Shown here: one piece after another, positions 21,510 to 32,661 of the stretch
How positions within the stretch are numbered: the first letter of the stretch is position 1
Layout of the letters: the number at the start of each line of letters is the position of its first letter
DNA from: an uncultured SAR116 cluster alpha proteobacterium
GTDB lineage: Bacteria; Pseudomonadota; Alphaproteobacteria; Puniceispirillales; Puniceispirillaceae
Reading direction: 5' to 3'
Assembly: GCA_902573725.1 (NCBI GenBank)
Contig: CACGLE010000001.1
Coordinates: forward strand, 11,479 to 75,478
DNA length: 64,000 nt
Notes under the pieces: generated by a model
Seen by the model: the letters and a program-made list of their open reading frames with translations, nothing else
Databases searched by the model: none
What the model was told of the DNA's origin: nothing
Program-made: the position numbers and the translations under genes

Positions 21510-22313
21510 ATGAATAAACAGCAAAGGTTTGAAACATTAAAAAATGAAATATGGCAGAATTATTTTTCTACAAATAAAGCTCAAAAAGCTATTAGTTTAG
21601 ATATATCTGAGATTGATGATTGTCTAAATGGTGGATTAACTATTGGTAGGGTTCATCTTATTACAGGTTCTGGCTATTCAGGGGCCGTTCGCGGATTTAC
21701 ATTAGCAATTCTACGTAAAGTTATGCGTGAAAGACCGTCTGGCTACATCGTCTGGTGTACTAACCTGAATAGTTCTCATGGTATATTATATGGTGCTGGA
21801 CTAGCTGCAATAGGGATTGATCCTAGACGGCTTATTCTAGTCGATGAGCCACACCCATTGCGTGGTGTTGCTGCAATGGAAGAGGTATTAGGTGCAGCTA
21901 GAAAAGATGGAGAAGCTGCTATTCAGATAGCTGCTGTAGTAGGAGATTATGCACAATTATACAGAAATTCAGATTTATGGCATAAAACAGCTAGGCGTTT
22001 GCAGTTTGCGGCAGAGCAGGCAGATGTTCTAGTCATTATAAACGGCATAACATCACACATAATTCCAGCGGCTGGTTTTGAGAGTTATTGGCAGGTATCA
22101 ACAGCTGTTAGACAAATATTATCAGAATCAAATAATCGCTTTCATGATAGTGCTTCATGGCACATTAAATTATCTCGCACACGTTCCGGGCGCCATTGGA
22201 CAGGCAATCTTAGTTGGCAATTTTCAACAGGCGCATTATCTCATAGGCCAGTTTTTAATTCTAAAATTAGCTATCGGCTGCCAACAAACCAATTCGCGTC
22301 ACATATTTCATAA
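21510..22313 (+). CDS. imuA: ImuA-like SOS mutagenesis protein (RecA/SulA-fold)
   Basis: It sits directly upstream of imuB and dnaE2, behind a LexA box. Its 267-aa size and degenerate RecA-like core fit ImuA. Confidence 0.7.
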   Translation: MNKQQRFETLKNEIWQNYFSTNKAQKAISLDISEIDDCLNGGLTIGRVHLITGSGYSGAVRGFTLAILRKVMRERPSGYIVWCTNLNSSHGILYGAGLAAIGIDPRRLILVDEPHPLRGVAAMEEVLGAARKDGEAAIQIAAVVGDYAQLYRNSDLWHKTARRLQFAAEQADVLVIINGITSHIIPAAGFESYWQVSTAVRQILSESNNRFHDSASWHIKLSRTRSGRHWTGNLSWQFSTGALSHRPVFNSKISYRLPTNQFASHIS

Positions 22314-22347
22314 TATCAGCTATTTATAGAACGGTACCTATTATATT

Positions 22348-23982
22348 ATGTCATTTTCTAATAGTGAATTTATCTATATATGGTTTTATGATTTACCAGT
22401 TAGGCTGGCCTGTTATCAAAAAGGCTGGCAGTTAGATACAGCTGTTGCTATTTACCATATTGTTAACACACGGCATATAATTTGCTATGCTTCAAATACA
22501 GCAAAACAAGCCGGTATTTTGATAGACATGTCTGTTGCGGATGCACAAGCTATTTTGCCAACATGTCACTTTCGCTCCTATGATGATATAGCTGTAAAAA
22601 ATTGGTTATCCAGAGTTAGTCAGTGGGCATGGCGCTATACCCCGCTTACCGGTATTGATTCAGAGTCTCTTGGAATTTGGATGAATGTAACAGGTGCAAC
22701 CCATCTGGTAAGTGGGATTGCTGCTATGTGTGATGCCTTGCAAACAGAGTTTAACCGAATAAGCGTATCTGCCCAGATAGCAGCTGCACCAACTTATGGA
22801 GCCGCCTGGGCCTTTGCACATTTTTCAGAATTCTTTACAAGACCAACCTTACAACAAAATAAGCCTATTATTGTGTGTGATGAGCGTGCTATTTTACGTC
22901 AAAAATTAGAACCTTTACCAGTTGCCGCATTACGTATTTCAGAAGATATTCAAACTGGTCTAAAGCAGGCAGGTTTAGAGCAGATATATCAGCTATGGGG
23001 TATTTCTGCTATTAGTCTGACAACCCGTTTTGGAACTGATTTAGTGCAGCGCCTAGGACAAATTATTGGTGATGTAAGCGAATTACAAAAGCCACTTATA
23101 ATACCTACACCTTTAATAGCTAGCAAAAATTATCTAACGCCGTTACTTGGCATTGAGGCTATTCAGAAAATGATAAGAGATTTAGTGTCTCTTATCTGTA
23201 TCCAGCTTGCGCAACGTCATTTATTAACCCGATATATTGTTATTGCTGTAAAGCGGGTAGATTCGACCATCATAAGGCGTACTATCTCGCTATCGCGTCC
23301 CAGCCGTTCAGAATCATTGCTACATCGACTTACAGCGCATCTGGCAGCAGACATTGATGTTGAATTTGGTATTGAACATAGCTGGATTGAAGCTAAAAAA
23401 CTAAGTGCTGGATTGCCAGTTAATCAGGTATTTGACCCTACCTTATATAAGGATGATAGCAAAGATACGTTGATTGATTATCTGACAGCACGCCTTGGTC
23501 ACAATAAGGTGCATCAATTACAGTGCATAGATAGCTGGCAGCCAGAGTCTGCACAAAGGGTGCAGCCTGCGCAGCAAACAATTAGACAGCTACACACTCA
23601 CGTATCTAACAGCCTACCATATTGGCAATTACAGAATGAATCGGAAACATCAGATAATATTAATTTGGTATCCTTCTCTGCTAGACCACTTAGTTTGTTA
23701 ACACCAGCAGTGCTAGTGGATGTGATTGCATTATTACCAGATCATCCGCCTTCAATGATACGCTGGCGCAAACAAAATTGGCAGATATATCAAGCAACAG
23801 GACCAGAACGTATTGGTCCATCCTGGTGGCTAAATGGCATACTCTCAAACCAACATTCAGATAAAACTAGAGATTATTACTGGTTGGAAACACAGTCAGG
23901 AGAGCGCTTGTGGGTATATCGTGAAGGGCTTGTAGAAAGAGGGGAGAGCGTAGAATGGTTTTTACATGGTTTTTTTGCTTAG
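22348..23982 (+). CDS. imuB: ImuB, Y-family polymerase-like accessory protein
   Basis: It is a 544-aa protein with a UmuC/DinB-like N-terminal fold (DLPVRL...AKQAGI). It is the middle gene of the imuA-imuB-dnaE2 cassette. Confidence 0.8.
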   Translation: MSFSNSEFIYIWFYDLPVRLACYQKGWQLDTAVAIYHIVNTRHIICYASNTAKQAGILIDMSVADAQAILPTCHFRSYDDIAVKNWLSRVSQWAWRYTPLTGIDSESLGIWMNVTGATHLVSGIAAMCDALQTEFNRISVSAQIAAAPTYGAAWAFAHFSEFFTRPTLQQNKPIIVCDERAILRQKLEPLPVAALRISEDIQTGLKQAGLEQIYQLWGISAISLTTRFGTDLVQRLGQIIGDVSELQKPLIIPTPLIASKNYLTPLLGIEAIQKMIRDLVSLICIQLAQRHLLTRYIVIAVKRVDSTIIRRTISLSRPSRSESLLHRLTAHLAADIDVEFGIEHSWIEAKKLSAGLPVNQVFDPTLYKDDSKDTLIDYLTARLGHNKVHQLQCIDSWQPESAQRVQPAQQTIRQLHTHVSNSLPYWQLQNESETSDNINLVSFSARPLSLLTPAVLVDVIALLPDHPPSMIRWRKQNWQIYQATGPERIGPSWWLNGILSNQHSDKTRDYYWLETQSGERLWVYREGLVERGESVEWFLHGFFA

Positions 23983-24012
23983 GTTATATTGTCTTTCAAG
24001 ATAGAGTGTAAG

Positions 24013-27000
24013 ATGCATGAGCAAGATAAGGTAGGGGGGGGGGCTATGCAGCACTTGGGTGTATTAGTAATTTTAGTTTTCTGCGTGGCGCAAGTCATCC
24101 ACATGAGCTAATTGAAACAGCTGCAGCAGAAGGCTGGTCATCTTGTGGCATTGCAGATTATCACACAATTTCTGGATTGGTTCGGGCTCATCAATCTGCA
24201 ATAGAAAAATCAGTTAAGCTGTTATGTGGAGTACGGCTTATTATTAATTGTTCTGAGCAGATAGAACAATCAGAACAGCTCATGGAAGAAGATAGGATAG
24301 AAGTCATAATTTATGCAAAAAACCGTGCAGGTTATGAATCATTATCTCAGTTTCTCAGTCGTTTAAATGTGGCTTTAGCCCATATACCAGCTGTAAAAAG
24401 AGCTACAAATTTATATATTCATGTAAGTGAATTAGCACGTCTTAGCTCAGATGTTTTTGTTATTATTGAGGCTCCAGAATTAATTAAAAATTATATGGCT
24501 GGACAGTGTCAGCAAATTCAAAAATTTGTAGTAGCCCCTTTATTATTAGGCTCTGCTATTTATCGTGATGGTAATGATAAAAAGCGTCTAAAGTATGTAT
24601 CCGGTCTGGCTGCTCGTCTAGGGCTTAGATTTATTGCTTTAGCAGCTCCGCTATATCATCATTCCTCACGTCGTCCATTGGCAGACGTTTTATATTGTAT
24701 TCGTACTAAACAAACGCTTGCGACCGCAGGTAGGGAGTTGTCACGTAATGCAGAGCGCCATCTTATGAAAATCTCAGAATATACTAGATTATGGTCAGAA
24801 TATCCAGAAGCAATTATGGCTGCAAGTCAGGTTGCACAGGCATGTTCTTTTTCATTGTCGGAATTATCATACGAGTATCCAGAAGAAATTGTACCAAATG
24901 GACGTTCTGTTATGGATGAGTTAATTTATCAGACTTGGCAGGGGGCAGAAAGACGATATCCAGATGGTATACCAAACGAGGTTAATAACTATCTGAAAAA
25001 AGAATTAGCACTGATCGCCAAATTAAATTATGCGCCTTATTTTTTGACTGTATTTGATATTGTAAGATTCGCTCGCAGTCGCAATATCCTGTGTCAAGGT
25101 AGAGGGTCTGCTGCTAATTCTGCAGTGTGTTATTGCCTTGATATTACAGCAGTTGACCCAGCTAGATCCAGCCCGTTGTTCGAAAGGTTTGTTAGTGAAG
25201 CACGTGCGGAGCCTCCTGATATTGATGTTGATTTTGAGCATGAGAGAAGAGAAGAAATCATCCAGTATATTTATAATAAATATGGACGTCATAGAGCAGG
25301 TATCGCCGCTAGTATTGTAACCTATCGTAGACGAAGTGCATTAATTGAAGTTGCTAAGGTGTTTGGACTTAGCCGAGATATACAACAAGCCTTGTCAGCC
25401 CAAGTATGGGATGGAAAATCAACTTCCCTTAGTTTAGAATTATTGCGTGCTGCTGGGTTGGATCCAGAAGATACAAAGCTACAACTAATATTAAAACTTG
25501 TTCAACAGTTGCACGGTTTCCCAAGGCATTTATCACAGCATGTTGGTGGTTTTGTTATTGCTAAAGATAGACTAGATTCTTTATGTGTTATTAGGCCTGC
25601 AAGCATGGATGGGCGTACCATCATTGAGTGGGACAAGAATGACTTAGAGGCACTTGGCCTTTTGAAAGTAGACATTTTGGCGCTTGGTATGTTGAGTTGT
25701 CTTAGGCGTGCATTTGATTTGCTTAAGTGGCATTATCATCTGGCGGTTACATTATCTTCTATTCCAGCAGAAGATATGGATACCTATAATATGTTATGTG
25801 AGGCTCAGTCTGTTGGTGTGTTTCAGGTAGAATCGCGCGCTCAGATGTCTATGTTGCCACGTTTACAGCCAAGATGTTTTCATGATCTTGTAGTTCAGGT
25901 AGCTATTGTGCGCCCTGGGCCAATTCAAGGTGATATGGTACATCCGTATTTGCGTCGCAGGTCAGGTTATGAAAAAATAATTTATCCTTCAGACGAATTG
26001 AAACAAGTATTACAGCGCACACTTGGTGTACCCTTATTTCAGGAACAGGCAATGCAGATAGCAATTGTAGCTGCAGGATTTAGTGGCTCAGAAGCAGATC
26101 AGTTGCGCCGTGCAATGGCTACTTTTCGTAGAAATGATTTAATTCATACATTTAAAGAGCGGATGATCAAAGGAATGGTTGACCGTGGCTATCAGGAAGA
26201 GTTTGCTATTAGATGTTTTCGTCAAATAGAAGGCTTTGGCACTTATGGATTTCCAGAATCTCATGCTGCCAGTTTTGCTCTATTGGTCTATGCTTCTGCT
26301 TGGATAAAATGTCATTATCCAGACGCATTTATCTGTGCATTACTAAATGCCCAGCCAATGGGCTTTTATAGTCCTGCTCAGTTAGTTGCGGAAGCGAAGC
26401 GTAGTGGGGTTGAAGTCAGACCAATTGATATCAATAATTCACAATGGGATTATAGTCTAGAGTCAACAGGCCATTCACGTCATGCCTTGCGTCTTGGAAT
26501 GCGTCAGGTAAAAGGATTAAAACGCTATGAGGCTGAGAGATTGACAGCAAGCCGTCATATAGCCTATCAGGATATTAACGACCTCATTCGTAAATCGGAT
26601 ATTTCCATATATGGATTAGAGTCGCTTGCCAGAGCAGATGCTTTTCATTCAATCGGCCTTACAAGCCGCCAGGCATTATGGGAAATAAAAAAGCTTGCCC
26701 GTCAACAAAGCTCTGGTCTACCGTTATTTTTGTATGCAGAACAACGCTATAAGAGTATAATGCCAGAGGAGCTAAAAACATCTTTACCAGCAGCAAGTTT
26801 AGGTAATTTAGTAGCTCAAGATTATTTAGCGACAGGATTATCCCTTAAGGCGCACCCCGTAACTATATTAGAACCATATTTTTTAGTGGATGGTTGGCAC
26901 CCATGTTCTATCGCCATAGATATTATGGATGGAAAAAAACATCAACTGATTGGCCTTGTGACAGGTAGACAAATGCCAGGCACAGCAAAAGGAACTGTTT

Positions 27001-27239
27001 TTATTACATTAGAAGATGCTCATTATTCTCTAAATGTTATCGTTTGGCCGGCCATTGTGCGAGCCTATCGTGCAGCATTGCTTGGCTCACATTTATTAGG
27101 TGTATCTGGTAGAATTCAAAAACAAGGAAAAATTATACATCTTATCGCAGATAAGCTTGTTAATTGTGATTTGTACTTACAGTATTTAAGGACCCCAGAA
27201 TTAAAGATGCCTATATTAAAAAGTAGAAATTTTCATTAA
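24013..27239 (+). CDS. dnaE2: Error-prone DNA polymerase III alpha-like DnaE2, reading frame interrupted at a G10 tract
   Basis: ORF 24177..27239 is clearly DnaE2, with PHP, palm/fingers and OB domains. The same frame stays open back to 24030 and encodes the conserved N-terminus YAALGCISNFSFLRGASHPHELIETAAAEGW, but it contains no ATG/GTG/TTG. The ATG at 24013 is in another frame, and the two frames meet at the G10 run. Confidence 0.85.
24034..24043 (+). repeat. Homopolymeric G10 tract at the dnaE2 5' end
   Basis: The sequence reads gta-GGGGGGGGGG-ctatg. It is the longest G/C run I noticed in this AT-rich window. Confidence 0.95.
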
Positions 27240-27287
27240 TATCAAGAATAAGCTCATAGAATTAGAATATATCAAATATAACTAAAT

Positions 27288-28592
27288 TTATAATAAACTT
27301 GTCTTAGAAATAATTTCTGGTAAAGCAAAACACGCATTACCTGTTTGGTATAATTTAACACAGGCGGCACGAGCGCTAGTTTCATCAAGTCCTTCAAACC
27401 TAACACGCCATAATGGTAAATCTCCACGCATTACAAGACTTACCTCAGCAGGAATCATCGCTAAGATAGAAGCTGCAGAACGTCTTGCCTTAATAGCAGC
27501 TTTATGAGCACTGATTTTTCTGGAAAAACTACCTACCTGTATGGACCAATTATCATTCTCTAATGTAACTGAACTATGTATGGATTGAGAGGAAACAGAG
27601 CGAATTATAATCTTTGGTTTTGAGATTGGTGGTACACTAGACGCAAGTATATCTGTTGTAGGAGTAATATGTTCATTTTCTGGTCTTGGTAACGGTACTG
27701 TTATTGGAGTAGATTCAAACTGAAACGGCTTGACCCTATCAAACTGGTTAGATAACAGTTTAATCATATGTAAGTCACGGCTTTTACTTGTTTTACCACC
27801 GAATACAACACCTATAAGACGCACACCGTCACGTTCAGTAGAGGCAACAAGATTAAATCCAGATGCACCTATATAGCCTGTTTTTATACCATCAGTGCCC
27901 TTAAATGCAGTCAGCAAACGATTATGATTTTTGTATTTTTGCCCCTTATACAAGAAAAATTCATTGCTAAAATAATGGTAATACTCAGGAAAATCTTTTC
28001 GAATTGCTATGCCGAGTTTTGCCATATCTCTCGCGGTACTTTTCTGATTCCTGTTAGGTAAACCGGATGCATTTTTAAATGTGGTACGTGACATACCTAG
28101 CGCTTTTGCTTTTCGAGTCATACGCTTTGCAAATTCCCGCTCTGAGGTAGAGATTTTTTCCGCAACAGCTGTTGCCACATCATTAGCAGATTTTGTAACT
28201 AAGGATAGGATTGCTTCTTCAATAGAAATGGTCTCACCTGGCTCTAGATAAAGCTTGGAAGGGCTTCTACTCGCAGCGAGGTCTGATATTACAATTTGAG
28301 ACTTTAAAGTCAGGTTTTTACTCTGTAGTTCTTCAAAAATTATGTATAGGGTCATTATTTTTGCTAATGAGGCAGGGTAGAGTTGTTTGTCTGCATTTCT
28401 AGAGAACAGCACACGTCCCGACATTTCTTCCATTACAAAAGAGGCATATTTTGGGTTAGCCTGTACATTAGATGAAGTTATGGCATTAATAGTTATTGCT
28501 AGGCTAAAGCAAAAGCACCAAATATTGATAAACCTAAATATGTATTTTTTTAAAGCCAAATTATATTTTGGCAAAAGTTTGATATATATCAC
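27288..28592 (-). CDS. D-alanyl-D-alanine carboxypeptidase (S11 PBP) with C-terminal SPOR domain
   Basis: It has SxxK (ASLAKIM), SxN (KSAND) and KTG (IKTGYI) motifs. The C-terminal WSIQVGSFSRKISAHKA...WRVRF is SPOR-like. Confidence 0.85.
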   Translation of the reverse strand: MIYIKLLPKYNLALKKYIFRFINIWCFCFSLAITINAITSSNVQANPKYASFVMEEMSGRVLFSRNADKQLYPASLAKIMTLYIIFEELQSKNLTLKSQIVISDLAASRSPSKLYLEPGETISIEEAILSLVTKSANDVATAVAEKISTSEREFAKRMTRKAKALGMSRTTFKNASGLPNRNQKSTARDMAKLGIAIRKDFPEYYHYFSNEFFLYKGQKYKNHNRLLTAFKGTDGIKTGYIGASGFNLVASTERDGVRLIGVVFGGKTSKSRDLHMIKLLSNQFDRVKPFQFESTPITVPLPRPENEHITPTTDILASSVPPISKPKIIIRSVSSQSIHSSVTLENDNWSIQVGSFSRKISAHKAAIKARRSAASILAMIPAEVSLVMRGDLPLWRVRFEGLDETSARAACVKLYQTGNACFALPEIISKTSLL

Positions 28593-28836
28593 AATAAAAT
28601 TCTTCTTGATAGTGTAACATATTAAGTGATGAATTTATTATATAAATTAATAATTTAATTAGAATTTTATACTTAAACAAAGAGCTAAAAACAGTGAATC
28701 ACAATTAAAATTAGAAATCAATATTTCAATGTTGTATTCTTTTAGAGTAATGATAAATAAAAAAATACTTTAAGCCCCCTTTTCTTAAATAAAAAAATGC
28801 CAATATTTATGTGTAGATAACGGAGATTTTGAAATT

Positions 28837-29160
28837 ATGAGTCCAAACAAAGATAAGCCGGAGGATATAGATGGCGGGTTGGCACTAGCTAAGCGCACAC
28901 AGACAAAAAAACCTGCGTTATATCGTGTGATTATGCTGAATGATGATTACACACCTATGGAATTTGTCGTACTTATATTACAACGCTTCTTCGGGCATAA
29001 TACACAGACAGCCCAGAAAATTATGTTGCATGTACACCAAAAAGGTGTCGGCGTCTGTGGTGTGTATTCTTATGAGGTTGCTGAAACAAAAATAAATCAG
29101 GTTATGACATTTGCCAGACAAAACGAGCATCCATTACAATTGCAGATGGAAAAGGAGTGA
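28837..29160 (+). CDS. clpS: ATP-dependent Clp protease adaptor ClpS
   Basis: It is 107 aa with the core [17 protein letters not shown], and it lies directly upstream of clpA. Confidence 0.95.
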   Translation: MSPNKDKPEDIDGGLALAKRTQTKKPALYRVIMLNDDYTPMEFVVLILQRFFGHNTQTAQKIMLHVHQKGVGVCGVYSYEVAETKINQVMTFARQNEHPLQLQMEKE

Positions 29161-29164
29161 AATA

Positions 29165-31444
29165 GTGCTATCGCAACAATTAGAAGAAACCCTGCGTCGT
29201 TCTCTCTCTATAGCAGGAGAACATCACCACGAATTTGCAACTTTGGAGCATCTGTTACTTGCGATGCTGGAGGATAAGGATGCGCTAGATGTAATGCGTG
29301 GGTGTAAATTAGACGTCTCAAGACTAAGAGAAATGCTTGAGACATATATTGATAATGAAATGGACGAATTAGTTTCTGAGGCAGATGAGATTGAAGTTCA
29401 GCCTACCGCATCTTTTAGCCGTGTTGTGCAACGTGCAATTATACACACCCAATCATCTGGTCGTGGTTCTGCGACGGGAGCTAATGTTCTCATTGCTATG
29501 TATTCAGAAAGAGAATCGCACGCAGTATGGTTTTTAACTTCATTGGAGATGACAAGACTAGATGCTATCAGCTTCATTAGTCATGGTGATGGTTTATCCG
29601 TAGAAAGCGGAGAAACAACTGATGAAGATTTGGAAACAGCAGATAATAAAACTGGTAAAGATGCATTATCGCAATATGCTGTTGATTTAATTGCCAAAGC
29701 CATCGAAGGAAATGTAGACCCACTTATAGGAAGAAGTGCAGAGGTAGATAGAACGATACAAATTCTTTGCAGAAGAACAAAAAATAATCCCCTATATGTG
29801 GGTGACCCTGGTGTTGGCAAAACAGCAATTGCAGAGGGACTTGCCCAGCGTATTGTTGATGGAACTGTGCCCGAAGTTCTTAAATCTGCAGTTATTTACT
29901 CACTTGATATGGGCTCATTACTCGCTGGTACACGATACCGGGGGGATTTTGAAGAGCGCTTGAAGGCAGTGATGAAACAAATAGAGCTAGATGATGAGGC
30001 TATACTGTTTATTGACGAAATACACACCATAATTGGAGCAGGTGCAACCTCAGGGGGTGCCATGGATGCTTCTAATTTATTAAAACCTGCGCTGCAAAAC
30101 GGAACCTTACGTTGTATTGGGTCGACTACATATAAAGAATATAGAAGCTACTTTGAAAAAGATCGTGCGTTGGCGCGGAGATTCCAAAAAATTGATATAA
30201 ATGAGCCTTCAGTTTCAGATACAATTAAAATCTTGTCTGGTTTAAAGTCACGATATGAAGTGCACCATGGTGTAAAATTCACCCAAGCAGCTATTAAGTC
30301 CGCCGTTGATTTATCTTCACGCTATATTCATGATCGTAAACTTCCAGATAAAGCTATAGATGTAATAGATGAGGCAGCAGCCTCTCAAAATTTATTACCA
30401 CCCTCCAAAAGGCGTCAGCAAATTGGTCAGAAAGAAATTGAAACAACTATTGCTTCAATGGCAAGGATCCCGTCTAAACACGTAAGCAGAGATGATAAAG
30501 CTGTTCTGGCCTCTCTTGAGACTGACCTAAAGCGGATGGTTTATGGCCAAGATTCAGCTATATTGGCCTTGGCTTCTGCTATTAAACTTTCACGAGCAGG
30601 CCTGCGTGAAATAGGCAAACCAATTGGCAATTATTTATTTTCTGGTCCGACAGGTGTTGGTAAAACAGAGGTAGCGAGGCAATTATCAGAAACATTAGGT
30701 GTTAAGCTAATCCGTTTTGATATGTCAGAATATATGGAGCGACACACAGTATCAAGATTAATAGGAGCGCCCCCTGGATATGTAGGTTTCGATCAAGGAG
30801 GACTGTTAACGGATGCTATTGATCAAACTCCGCATGCTGTTCTACTCTTAGATGAGATAGAAAAAGCGCATCCTGATTTATTCAACTTATTGTTACAGGT
30901 AATGGATCACGGTACGTTGACAGACTCAAACGGTAAAAAGGTCGATTTTAGGAACGTGATTCTAATCATGACAACTAATGCGGGAGCATCTGAATTATCA
31001 AAACAAGCGATTGGGTTTGGAAGAGGAAATAAAACAGATGCAGACTCAGAGGCTATTGAGAGAACATTTTCACCGGAATTTAGAAACCGTTTAGACGCAA
31101 CGATTGCTTTCTCAGCACTTAACAATGATACAATACGAATGGTCGTCGATAAATTTGTATTTCAACTGGAGGCTCAACTTGCCGAAAGACAAGTTGAGAT
31201 ACATCTCGACGATGAGGCGCGTGATTGGCTTGCAGAAAGAGGATATGACAGCTCATTTGGTGCTAGACCTCTCGGTAGGCTGATTCAAGAGCACATCAAA
31301 AAACCATTAGCTGATCACCTTTTATTTGGTGATTTGGTTGCTGGTGGTGAGGTAATGGTAAGCGTTAGAAAAAATAGACTCAAGCTCGTAACTAAACCAA
31401 TCAGTGAATCCAAAACAGCGAAAAAGAAGAGTGAAAAGGTATAA
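29165..31444 (+). CDS. clpA: ATP-dependent Clp protease ATP-binding subunit ClpA
   Basis: The GTG at 29165 lies 7 nt after AAGGAG and gives the canonical N-terminus LSQQLEETLRRSL...HEFATLEHLLLAML. It has two Walker A motifs (GDPGVGKT, GPTGVGKT). Confidence 0.95.
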   Translation: MLSQQLEETLRRSLSIAGEHHHEFATLEHLLLAMLEDKDALDVMRGCKLDVSRLREMLETYIDNEMDELVSEADEIEVQPTASFSRVVQRAIIHTQSSGRGSATGANVLIAMYSERESHAVWFLTSLEMTRLDAISFISHGDGLSVESGETTDEDLETADNKTGKDALSQYAVDLIAKAIEGNVDPLIGRSAEVDRTIQILCRRTKNNPLYVGDPGVGKTAIAEGLAQRIVDGTVPEVLKSAVIYSLDMGSLLAGTRYRGDFEERLKAVMKQIELDDEAILFIDEIHTIIGAGATSGGAMDASNLLKPALQNGTLRCIGSTTYKEYRSYFEKDRALARRFQKIDINEPSVSDTIKILSGLKSRYEVHHGVKFTQAAIKSAVDLSSRYIHDRKLPDKAIDVIDEAAASQNLLPPSKRRQQIGQKEIETTIASMARIPSKHVSRDDKAVLASLETDLKRMVYGQDSAILALASAIKLSRAGLREIGKPIGNYLFSGPTGVGKTEVARQLSETLGVKLIRFDMSEYMERHTVSRLIGAPPGYVGFDQGGLLTDAIDQTPHAVLLLDEIEKAHPDLFNLLLQVMDHGTLTDSNGKKVDFRNVILIMTTNAGASELSKQAIGFGRGNKTDADSEAIERTFSPEFRNRLDATIAFSALNNDTIRMVVDKFVFQLEAQLAERQVEIHLDDEARDWLAERGYDSSFGARPLGRLIQEHIKKPLADHLLFGDLVAGGEVMVSVRKNRLKLVTKPISESKTAKKKSEKV

Positions 31445-31456
31445 ATCTTTCTGAAT

Positions 31457-32608
31457 TCATTTATATGGGGAGGTTTTGTTAATATACATGGTCTCTTGAT
31501 TATTTTGAATAACTTCTTGTCTAAGAAATTTCATGACTGCGTCCCCAAATTGGGGGTCATTAATTTTATGAGCCGAATATGTTTTTTCAGGCAAATAACC
31601 ACGTGGAACTTTATGCAAACCTTGAGCTCCTGCTTCCACTCGCCTAACTCCATTTTTAATCGCAAAATCAATAGCTTGATAATAGCACGTTTCGAAGTGT
31701 AAAAATGGTATATTTCGAAGTCCACCCCAATTTCTGCCATATAATGCATTAGACCCAATGAAATTCAAAGCTCCGGCAATAGGCACGTTGTTTTCATAAC
31801 AGAGAATTAGTAAAATTTTATTTTTTAAGTGAATGGGTAAATGGTGAAAAAATAGGCGGTTTAAATAAGCTCCACCCCATTTTTTTTCAATTGTCGCAAT
31901 ATAGCACTCATAGAAAATATCCCAATGTTTTGTTTTTATTTCATCCCCGATAAGATGCACAAATTTTAAATTTGCTTTACTTATACTTTCCCTCTCTTTT
32001 CGAATATTTTTTCGCTTCCTAGATGTGAGTTTGTTCAGAAAGTCATCAAAATTATTGTAACCCTGATTATGCCAGTGAAACTGTAATCCTTCACGTATCA
32101 TCCAGCCATTTTTTTTTGCAACTGTTACATCAGATGAATTGATAAAATTAACATGTGCAGATGATAAATTATTATTTTCAATAATTGACTTCATACTAAA
32201 AAGAAGGGCCTGTTTTGCTTTTATATCGTCATCTAAAGATAGTAGGCGTGGCCCTGGTACTGGGGTAAATGGGACTGCTGCCAAAGATTTAGGATAATAT
32301 TTCCTCCCTGAACGTTCATAAGCATTTGCCCAGCCGTGGTCAAAAATATATTCGCCATATGAGTGATATTTCAAGTAATGTGGCATAGCTGCGCGCAGTA
32401 CCTTGTTTTCATCATATACACATAAATGAAGGATATCCCAACCTGTATCTATTCCGACGCAATTGCTTTCTTCAAGCGCAGCCAAAAAACCATGTGAAAC
32501 AAAAGGATGGCCAGAGGGGTTTAATCTATCCCAATCTTTAGATGAAATATCATTGATAGAGGTCAATGTTTCAAGCGAAAAAGAAAAACTTTCTAATGAA
32601 TTATCCAT
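31457..32608 (-). CDS. DUF482 / FemAB-like GNAT-fold acyltransferase family protein
   Basis: It is 383 aa. The N-terminus (DWDRLNPSGHPFVSHGFLAALEESNCV) is characteristic of this conserved family, whose function is unproven. Confidence 0.6.
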   Translation of the reverse strand: MDNSLESFSFSLETLTSINDISSKDWDRLNPSGHPFVSHGFLAALEESNCVGIDTGWDILHLCVYDENKVLRAAMPHYLKYHSYGEYIFDHGWANAYERSGRKYYPKSLAAVPFTPVPGPRLLSLDDDIKAKQALLFSMKSIIENNNLSSAHVNFINSSDVTVAKKNGWMIREGLQFHWHNQGYNNFDDFLNKLTSRKRKNIRKERESISKANLKFVHLIGDEIKTKHWDIFYECYIATIEKKWGGAYLNRLFFHHLPIHLKNKILLILCYENNVPIAGALNFIGSNALYGRNWGGLRNIPFLHFETCYYQAIDFAIKNGVRRVEAGAQGLHKVPRGYLPEKTYSAHKINDPQFGDAVMKFLRQEVIQNNQETMYINKTSPYK

Positions 32609-32661
32609 AAATTTATTTTATATTAAAGCGATTTTGTTTTAATTTCCTAAAATTGTTAAAG

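Noticed and set aside
22078-22329. An 83-aa ORF overlapping the 3' end of imuA in another frame.
   Set aside because: It is entirely nested in or overlapping imuA, it has no motif or ribosome-binding site, and the imuA frame carries the family-like sequence.
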